Positions 23,501 to 28,568 of a stretch of DNA of 28,568 bases are shown here, piece by piece. Position 1 is the stretch's first letter. Each line of letters opens with the position of its first letter. Under the pieces are notes generated by a model, which saw only the letters and a list, made by a program, of their open reading frames with translations, ran no database searches and was not told the origin of the DNA. Origin of the DNA: a virus (Duplodnaviria > Caudoviricetes). The translations under genes and the position numbers were made by a program. Location: positions 1 through 28,568 of the IMG/VR virus record IMGVR_UViG_3300033475_000888. One strand, 5' to 3'.

Positions 23501-24693
23501 GAGGTGACGAGGTCAGCGAGTTTGAACGCGGCCCATGTGGCCAGGGCTGCACCGGCGACCGTGCCGAGTAGCGGCGCGACCGGCCCCAACACGGTGGTGA
23601 TGCCCTGCAGGATGGTGGCTGCGGCGGTCAGGGTGCCGGACAGCAGCGGCAGCGCGCCCTGAGCGAGCGTGGACGCGGCGGTGGTGACGCCGTTGATCGC
23701 CGCGTCGATCGACCCGGCGTTCTGCGCCCACGTGCTCGCGGCCACCTCGATGAGGGTGGTGGCCAGGCCGAGCACGGACTGCACGATGCTGCCCAACGAT
23801 TGCAGGTCGGTGCCGAGGTCGCTGGAGTGCTGGCCGAGGGAGTCCAGGGTGGTGCCCGCCGCGGTGCCGAGGGTGCCAAGTAGCGACGCCACGCCCTGCG
23901 CGACAGGCTGCGCCTCCCGCATCGCGGAGGTGAGACCCGGCATGGCGTTGAGGGCGAGGTCGTCCAGGCCGCGGGTGAGGGTGACGATGTCGGGCCCGGC
24001 GGCCGCCATGGCCTGCTGGAGGTCGGGGCCGACCTGCCGCAAGGTGGCGTCGATCTGGTTCGCGGCGCCGACGATCTGGGGCACGAGCTGGTCGGACGCG
24101 GACCTGGCCTCGGCGACCACGTCCTGCCACAGCTGGGTCCAGCTGGCCTTGACGTCGGCGTTGCTCTTTTCCGCGAGCGCGGCGACGCCGACGAACCCGG
24201 CACCGACACCGGCTAGGATCGCGCCGCCGATGAACGGGGTGCTGGCAACGATCGCCGCGGCGATCAGCTGCCAGCGCGTGCTAAACGCGTCGATGCTGCT
24301 GGTCGCCCCACTCGTGTCGGCCTCGACGTCGGCGCGTACCGGCAGCGTGCCTTCCGCGGCACGCCACTGGGCCATGCGGGCGCTGGCCAACGCCGTGTCG
24401 ACGTTGACGCCCACACCCAGGGAGGTGGCTTCCTGGAGGCGCCGCCAGTCCGCGAGCGCCACCCCAGCGGCGGCCGTGCCGACATCGATGCCGATGCCGA
24501 TCGTGTCCCCGGCCTGCTGTGACCGGAACGCGTCCAGGCGCCCGGACGCCGCCGCGGTGTCCAGGTCCAGGCCAACCGTGAAGTCCTCGCCGGTGAACCG
24601 GTCCCGATCAGCGCGAGCCTGGTCCAGGCCACGCTGAAACGGGGTCCGGTCCAGGGTGAGGGTCGCTTGGATCGCGCCGGCGTCGAACGCCAC
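20542..24693 (-). CDS. Tape measure protein with C-terminal lytic transglycosylase (SLT) domain, about 1383 aa
   Basis: Ala-rich, long heptad Q/A region; QESGGNPNAVNLWDSNA..G.PS.GLMQ..SNIYAG..Y..RYG; start GTG 24693 or 24702. Confidence 0.95.
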   Translation of the reverse strand: MAFDAGAIQATLTLDRTPFQRGLDQARADRDRFTGEDFTVGLDLDTAAASGRLDAFRSQQAGDTIGIGIDVGTAAAGVALADWRRLQEATSLGVGVNVDTALASARMAQWRAAEGTLPVRADVEADTSGATSSIDAFSTRWQLIAAAIVASTPFIGGAILAGVGAGFVGVAALAEKSNADVKASWTQLWQDVVAEARSASDQLVPQIVGAANQIDATLRQVGPDLQQAMAAAGPDIVTLTRGLDDLALNAMPGLTSAMREAQPVAQGVASLLGTLGTAAGTTLDSLGQHSSDLGTDLQSLGSIVQSVLGLATTLIEVAASTWAQNAGSIDAAINGVTTAASTLAQGALPLLSGTLTAAATILQGITTVLGPVAPLLGTVAGAALATWAAFKLADLVTSGVNALANVVVSLAGNFEAGAARAAAYTASMLGVEAESSAAAGAITATGAAAAAAGTEVGIGLSAMAGPIGIVAGLAAGAIALGSAFIHTGGDAVQLSGNMDSLTAALERSHGAMDQAAQDALQADPDFKAVAQSVDAFGVSSTDLANALQGQGGSLDALRTKLQGIVDAHTKASASTSTYGAATGNLRTETDAEGRSAQAALDALNGLVGEYDKSTASAAAAAASQNTAATALANSSQYQQAASGTANLLGLSLANVTAGYQSVIVASGATSATVAATSEAFLKQQLAVAQAATSMAQQFTQADAQVVQAEQSVADAHHSVAQAAQSVIDAQQGVANAAHSLEQAQRSLQDAYNGVASAQQAYARSQQSELQAEQALNQAREQAIQDLKDLHLQLEDQVLSEQQARVQLFDAEQAAASQGVTADNARTIAAQQVTDTNEAQIKAALNLISAQNALNDTLNSGDKLRAQVNAADQAGVNGAPGVISAQNALRNAQDQVASSAAALVKANQQVADAQWGVQQASLALQKAHQQVTDAQYQQQRAADQLRAAEQNLTAAQDAASRSLDLHTAAGQRNLGMILSLWDAISKSGLPIQEQYKAAVDDVAAAFGGSRDQAADYLKQIGLIPKDFQYSVTAITQVDRSNFDTWLNGVLSTGGYAMDSRNQQKTVGGTGYATGGPVGGHSPNSSADNIPIWATAGEWMQPVDAVDYYGPDFMHAVQNKQFPRGDDGAAMPGYASGGLIEQAANSVYAGASLGAAYLATNNARRVMGFPTMPDLPQYDPTADVAGMIGYAPSAGVAQWAGAILQALSMLGQDPGWLGTVERRMNQESGGNPNAVNLWDSNAKAGHPSVGLMQVIAGTYAAYKGPDAGPYMYGVSVDPLSNIYAGLDYALHRYGSLSALNQPGGYDNGGLLDPGWTAVYNGTRTPENVRTAQQEDALLTEIQALRAEVRGGDIHINQSFNGNRWSAEELAAASTRRAAEAFRGLG

Positions 24694-24711
24694 AGCCCTC
24701 ACCCCCTGTCG

Positions 24712-24942
24712 TCATTCGATGTGGAAGCCGAGGGCGCGGAGCTTGTCGTCCTCGGTCACGGGCTCACCGGGGTCGCCGCCGCCGAGGTCGCGCTGGAGTT
24801 CGTCGAGGTACATGCGGCTCTGCCACCAGGGCAGGGCGTCCCAGTCCTCGACGGTGTAGCCGAGGTGTTTTCGGACGAGGTAGTAGGTCAGGCGCCCGGC
24901 ACGGCCGCGGGTGTACGCGTCGTACCGGGCTTCGGCCCTTCC
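24712..24942 (-). CDS. Tail assembly chaperone extension (gpT-like), reached by -1 frameshift
   Basis: Open -1 frame GRAEARYDAYTRGRAGRLTYYLVRKHLGYTVEDWDALPWWQSRMYLDELQ...FHIE* with no own RBS/start; not in the ORF track. Confidence 0.75.
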   Translation of the reverse strand, partial: GRAEARYDAYTRGRAGRLTYYLVRKHLGYTVEDWDALPWWQSRMYLDELQRDLGGGDPGEPVTEDDKLRALGFHIE

Positions 24943-25292
24943 GGGCGGGTCAGCTCCCCAAGCAGCCAGCCGAGGAACGCCTGCCGTGGTCGGTGGCCCA
25001 CCGTCACGAGGTCATCCTTGGTGGGGTGGTTCTGGGTGAGCTCGCAGATTGCGTCGATCGACTCGTCGGTGACCGCGTCCATCTGCTCAGCGGACAGGCG
25101 CTGCATCACGCGCGACAGCTCGAACGAATCCGCGGTGTCCTCGATGTCGACCCCGGCGGCGCGCACGCTGGTGCGCAGCCGCTCGAGGAACCGGTTCACT
25201 GCCCGCGACGACGGCTCGGGAATGGTGCCGGTGATGCCGCCACCGAAATCAAAGTCGAGCGGCGCGGCGTGCTCGGACAGGACGAATCCCAT
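24888..25292 (-). CDS. Tail assembly chaperone (gpG-like), 134 aa
   Basis: Between major tail and tape measure; GAGGAG RBS. Confidence 0.85.
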   Translation of the reverse strand: MGFVLSEHAAPLDFDFGGGITGTIPEPSSRAVNRFLERLRTSVRAAGVDIEDTADSFELSRVMQRLSAEQMDAVTDESIDAICELTQNHPTKDDLVTVGHRPRQAFLGWLLGELTRPEGPKPGTTRTPAAVPGA

Positions 25293-25328
25293 CAGGTGTT
25301 CTCCTCACAGTGCAGGGGCGGAAGGGGG

Positions 25329-25922
25329 TCAGAGGGCGGGGCTGTCCATGTTTCGAATCACGACGTCCGACGGCGCGCACAGTGGGGTCAGGCTGATCGC
25401 GTAGGAGCGCTGGTTGTTGGCCCTCCGGTACGCGGTCTTCGCGTTGCCGGTCGACTTCACCGGCTGAACCAGGACGCGCCGCCAGAATCCGGCGTCGTTC
25501 TGGCCTTCGAACCCGAACGCGAAGTTGTCCATTTCGTCGGAGATCGTGAGGGTCGAGATGCCCGGAATACCGGTCGACGCGGCGGTGGACACGATGGTGC
25601 CGCCACCGTAGGCCCACAGCATCGTCTGGAGCGTGTCCTCCGACAGTTCGAGGTTCGCGGTGAAATCCATGCTTTTCGTCCGCTGGTCGACCGATGTCAT
25701 CTGTTCTTCGATGGTGATGTCCTGCGGGGTTCTTTTCACCTCGAACGACAGGCCGTCGGTGGTGGCCCCGACTGGGGTCCACAGGCCGCCCCAGGCGGTG
25801 CCGAGCGGCACGGTGTCCGCGGGCAGCGTCGCCGGGCTGGATGCGTCGTAGGGCATCAGGTACATGCTGGCCAGGCCGACGAGCACTTTGCTGGGGTCGT
25901 AGCTGGGGATCAGTGTGGGCAT
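25329..25922 (-). CDS. Major tail (tube) protein, 197 aa
   Basis: WTPVGATTDGLSF...I.IEEQ; position; GGAGG RBS. Confidence 0.88.
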   Translation of the reverse strand: MPTLIPSYDPSKVLVGLASMYLMPYDASSPATLPADTVPLGTAWGGLWTPVGATTDGLSFEVKRTPQDITIEEQMTSVDQRTKSMDFTANLELSEDTLQTMLWAYGGGTIVSTAASTGIPGISTLTISDEMDNFAFGFEGQNDAGFWRRVLVQPVKSTGNAKTAYRRANNQRSYAISLTPLCAPSDVVIRNMDSPAL

Positions 25923-25941
25923 CGTGTCCTCCGGACATGAC

Positions 25942-25967
25942 GAAGCCCCCGGCAGTGGACCGGGGGC
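25942..25967 (-). terminator. Hairpin just upstream of the major tail gene
   Basis: GCCCCCGG/CCGGGGGC stem; may be a weak terminator or a transcript-stabilising hairpin. Confidence 0.5.
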
Positions 25968-25988
25968 CGTGGGTGGCTGAGCTGGGGG

Positions 25989-26306
25989 TTACTGGATTTC
26001 GCGCAGCGCGATTCCGGAGCGCAGCGCGGCGACGCGCACCGATTCGGCTTCCGACGCGGGAATCGGGGTGCCGCTCGTGGTGATCACGTGCTGGCCGACT
26101 CGGAACTCGGCCGTGAACGGCGGCGTCGCGAGGATCGTCGACCCTTCGGCGGCCGGAGCCGGGCTGGCGTCGGTGGTATCCGCGCTGACCGGCGTGCTGT
26201 CGCTGGCGGTCGCGGTGTCCGCCGCGGTGTCGTCGGTCGCGGCCTCGGCCGGCGGCGTGCTGTCGTCGGCCGAGGTCTTCACGGTGCCCTTGCGGGGGGT
26301 GGTCAT
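25989..26306 (-). CDS. Hypothetical protein with Ala/Thr/Asp-rich N-terminus, 105 aa
   Basis: GGAGG RBS, ATGA coupling at 26303-26306. Confidence 0.75.
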   Translation of the reverse strand: MTTPRKGTVKTSADDSTPPAEAATDDTAADTATASDSTPVSADTTDASPAPAAEGSTILATPPFTAEFRVGQHVITTSGTPIPASEAESVRVAALRSGIALREIQ

Positions 26307-26701
26307 GGTGCCTCCAGGATTCGAGCGAGATAGGTGCAGACGAACTCCGTGCGGCCACCGTCGTCCGGCGCGGCCGACAGGGGCGCGGGTCGGCCGCCGG
26401 AGCGGGTAACCCACACCAGGTGGGTGGTGCCGACCGCGGCGGGGAGAGCGGCGCCGAGGATGCGCCGGTCAGCGTCCAGCGCGAGGTTCTCGGCGTCGTC
26501 GGGCTGGTTCTGGGAGCCCCGCATCCGAACCTGGAATCCCGGCGTGTCGGCGACGCCTTCCAGTGCGAGGCCGACACCGGGGATGGGGGTGACGACGCAG
26601 ATCCGGTCCGGCATGTCGGGGATGGTTCCGGCGCCGTTGATGACCGGCACGGTCAGGCCGAGGCCGGTCAACCAGGTCATGACGGTTTCGGTGGTCCACA
26701 T
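26303..26701 (-). CDS. Tail terminator, 132 aa
   Basis: PDMPDR, PGFQVRMRG, D..GRTEF..Y; position. Confidence 0.82.
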   Translation of the reverse strand: MWTTETVMTWLTGLGLTVPVINGAGTIPDMPDRICVVTPIPGVGLALEGVADTPGFQVRMRGSQNQPDDAENLALDADRRILGAALPAAVGTTHLVWVTRSGGRPAPLSAAPDDGGRTEFVCTYLARILEAP

Positions 26702-26704
26702 CGC

Positions 26705-27163
26705 CTATTCCCCGTACTGCTCGGGGTGTAGGTGGCGGTGCCGGATCCCGGTGCGTTCCTGCTCCCGCAGTTCGGCCTCGGTAAGGCGCCGCTGCACCGG
26801 TTCCCGGTCGTAGACCGTCTCGCCGTCGCTGACCACGCTCGGATGACCGGATTCGCGCAGGTTGCCGAACTCGATCGGCGCGTACTGGCCGATCTGCTCG
26901 GTGGCCAGATCTTCCATGGCGTCGATCATCGGCTCGACCGGACCGGTCTCCAGCGTCCGGCGGGCGATGTCCTCCAGGTAGCCGCTGTACTGGGAATGCA
27001 GTGGGGATTCCAAGTACTTCGCCTGGCCGCCGCGCGGGTGGTTGAGCTGCATCTCCTCGTGTTGATAGCGGGCATACAACTGGTCCACCACCGTGGAGCC
27101 GCGCAGTTCGCCGTCGCCGACCAGCGCGGCGAGTTCACCAATACGGTCGTCGAACGTGGCCAC
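26705..27163 (-). CDS. HK97 gp10-like neck/tail-completion protein (motif order inverted), 152 aa
   Basis: YARYQHE...HPRGGQAKYLESPL and APIEFGNLRES motifs. Confidence 0.75.
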   Translation of the reverse strand: MATFDDRIGELAALVGDGELRGSTVVDQLYARYQHEEMQLNHPRGGQAKYLESPLHSQYSGYLEDIARRTLETGPVEPMIDAMEDLATEQIGQYAPIEFGNLRESGHPSVVSDGETVYDREPVQRRLTEAELREQERTGIRHRHLHPEQYGE

Positions 27164-27602
27164 TCCGCACTCCCAACCCAAAGTCGTCCAGCCCGAACAG
27201 GTCACCGGTGTAGCGGTTGTGGGCGCGCATCGTCGCCGCGCCCTCGACCACCGGGGGCCCGGACGGCAGGTCCCGCTTCCCCGACGCGAGCTTGTCCAGC
27301 AGGTCCTTGGCCCGCTGGTAGCGCAGGAGCACCGGGTCGTTTGTCGTCTCGTAGTCCTTGCCCTGCCGGTAGAGCAGGTCGGCGAGGTAGGCGGCGATGT
27401 CGCGAGTCAGGTCCTGCACCAGTTGCGGCACCGGGTCGGCGAACGGGGTGGTGTAGCGGACGGCGAGCGCGGCGTCGACCTCGGACTCGGCGGACGTGAT
27501 GGCCGAGGTGATGTCCGCGTCGCCCAGTTCGGCCGCGGTGCCGATCGGGTTGTTGGGGTCGCGGGCGAGCACGGCACGCACAGCGTCAGCCGTCACGTAC
27601 AC
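27135..27602 (-). CDS. Head-tail adaptor, Mu gp36/DUF1320-like, 155 aa
   Basis: MYVT, AESEVDAAL..RY..P, DIAAY, RYQRA..LL..LASGK..L. Confidence 0.85.
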   Translation of the reverse strand: MYVTADAVRAVLARDPNNPIGTAAELGDADITSAITSAESEVDAALAVRYTTPFADPVPQLVQDLTRDIAAYLADLLYRQGKDYETTNDPVLLRYQRAKDLLDKLASGKRDLPSGPPVVEGAATMRAHNRYTGDLFGLDDFGLGVRSGHVRRPYW

Positions 27603-27605
27603 CGG

Positions 27606-27887
27606 TCAGCTCCCGTCCGACTCGCCGCCGCTGGTCTTGGCCGCGGTCTTGCTGGTCGTCTTCGGCGTCGTCTTGCGCGCCGGGCTCGACGGCGCATCCG
27701 CTGCGGGCGTGTCGGCGTCCGGGCTGTCGGGCGATTCGTCCACCGAGGCCGCGTCGGCGTCGGCGTTCTCGGCCCAGCCGTTGGCGGTGAGGCGGTCGCC
27801 TGCCTCCTGGTCAAGGTTGACGGTGTCACCGGCGGCGAAGGTGCCGGCGTCGCAGACGAGCCGCTTGTGCAGCAGGTATTCAGGCAT
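27606..27887 (-). CDS. Small capsid-adjacent protein with low-complexity tail, 93 aa
   Basis: AGDTVNLD..A.RL...GWA; AGGAG RBS. Confidence 0.75.
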   Translation of the reverse strand: MPEYLLHKRLVCDAGTFAAGDTVNLDQEAGDRLTANGWAENADADAASVDESPDSPDADTPAADAPSSPARKTTPKTTSKTAAKTSGGESDGS

Positions 27888-27900
27888 CGGTCTGGTCTCC

Positions 27901-28566
27901 TTACACGTTGGCGAGGTCGATCACGGCGACGGCGAGCGGCTGGTCCAGGCCCATCGCGGAGGCGCGCTGCACGTCCGACCGCCAGGACTTCTTCTCTTCG
28001 ACCCGGTACACGGCCGAGGCCTGGAGCGGGATCTCGTCGGCGATGAACCCGCAGATGCCGCGCTGGGTGATGATGACCTTGTCGGGCGCCAGCGCGTCCA
28101 TCTCGGGGGTGACCAGCACGTTGAGGCCCTGGATCTTGTTGGGCAGCAGGCCGGTGTACTGGAGGGACTGGTCGGCGATGTTGCCGTTGTACGGCTTGTT
28201 GAAGGTGTCGTCGTCGAGCAGGTCGAACGCGGCGGCCTCGCCGAGGATCATCACGTCGGCGGTGAACCCGTACACGGCGCCCTGCGGGGTCTTCGCGGTC
28301 TGAACGGCCTTGCGCGCGAGGTTGATGTCGTGCCGCATCTTCGCCGTGGCCGACCCGTAGGACCAGTCAGAGCCGGTGACGACGTTCCCGGCGCTGCCGA
28401 GCATCAGGTTCAGGAACGCGTCCGCCCAGTTGCGGATCATCGTGTTCTTGACCTGCTGCAGCTGCCGGGTGACGGGGTCGACGACCTGGCGGCGCCGCAT
28501 CCGGTCCGACACGAGGATGCCCAGCGCACGCTCTTCGGCGTAGGCGACCTTCGGTGAGCCGACGCT
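27901..28566 (-). CDS. Major capsid protein, C-terminal part (5' end outside the window)
   Basis: Frame open to the window edge; HK97-fold-like C-terminus (GLNVLVTP, GFIADE.PL, DQPLAVAVI); position before the adaptor. Confidence 0.85.
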   Translation of the reverse strand, partial: SVGSPKVAYAEERALGILVSDRMRRRQVVDPVTRQLQQVKNTMIRNWADAFLNLMLGSAGNVVTGSDWSYGSATAKMRHDINLARKAVQTAKTPQGAVYGFTADVMILGEAAAFDLLDDDTFNKPYNGNIADQSLQYTGLLPNKIQGLNVLVTPEMDALAPDKVIITQRGICGFIADEIPLQASAVYRVEEKKSWRSDVQRASAMGLDQPLAVAVIDLANV

Positions 28567-28568
28567 GG

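Larger units (their letters stand above)
1..28568. mobile_element. Actinobacterial siphophage/prophage segment (both ends outside the window)
   Basis: Ordered capsid-neck-tail-lysis operon on the minus strand converging on an arm of small coupled genes; no host housekeeping genes, integrase or att seen. Confidence 0.93.

Noticed and set aside
1-28568. Integrase, att site, tRNA, reverse transcriptase/DGR, known anti-phage defence operon
   Set aside because: No recognisable motifs, cloverleaf or TR/VR-length repeat pair found by eye; absence outside the window cannot be judged.

Overview
High-GC actinobacterial siphovirus-type phage or prophage; small-gene content suggests a Pseudonocardiaceae-like host (inference). 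Right part (12.2-28.6 kb, minus strand) is a continuous late operon. It runs: major capsid (truncated at the window edge), Mu gp36-like adaptor, gp10-like neck protein, tail terminator, major tail protein, tail chaperones with a probable -1 frameshift, tape measure with a lytic transglycosylase domain, CBM-bearing Dit, minor tail proteins. A lysis cassette follows (papain-like peptidase, small TM protein, collagen-like protein, GH25 lysin apparently split from its C-terminal partner, holin). Left part (1-12.1 kb, mostly plus strand) is an arm of small, translationally coupled genes. It contains an AICE/Streptomyces-plasmid-type conjugation module: DUF3307, small membrane proteins, an Spd-like protein, a TraB-like FtsK/SpoIIIE translocase, a clt-like array of 8-bp GAGGGA-core repeats right after traB, an M41-like peptidase, a Nudix hydrolase and a nearby GntR regulator. 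No rep, xis, int or att site lies between this module and the phage lysis genes, so the best candidate system is a phage carrying its own hyphal conjugation machinery. Other signals: several small genes exactly bracketed by 12-24 bp direct repeats, two related RBS-sequestering leaders, and two operator-rich divergent promoter regions. All family assignments come from motif recognition by eye; no searches were run.
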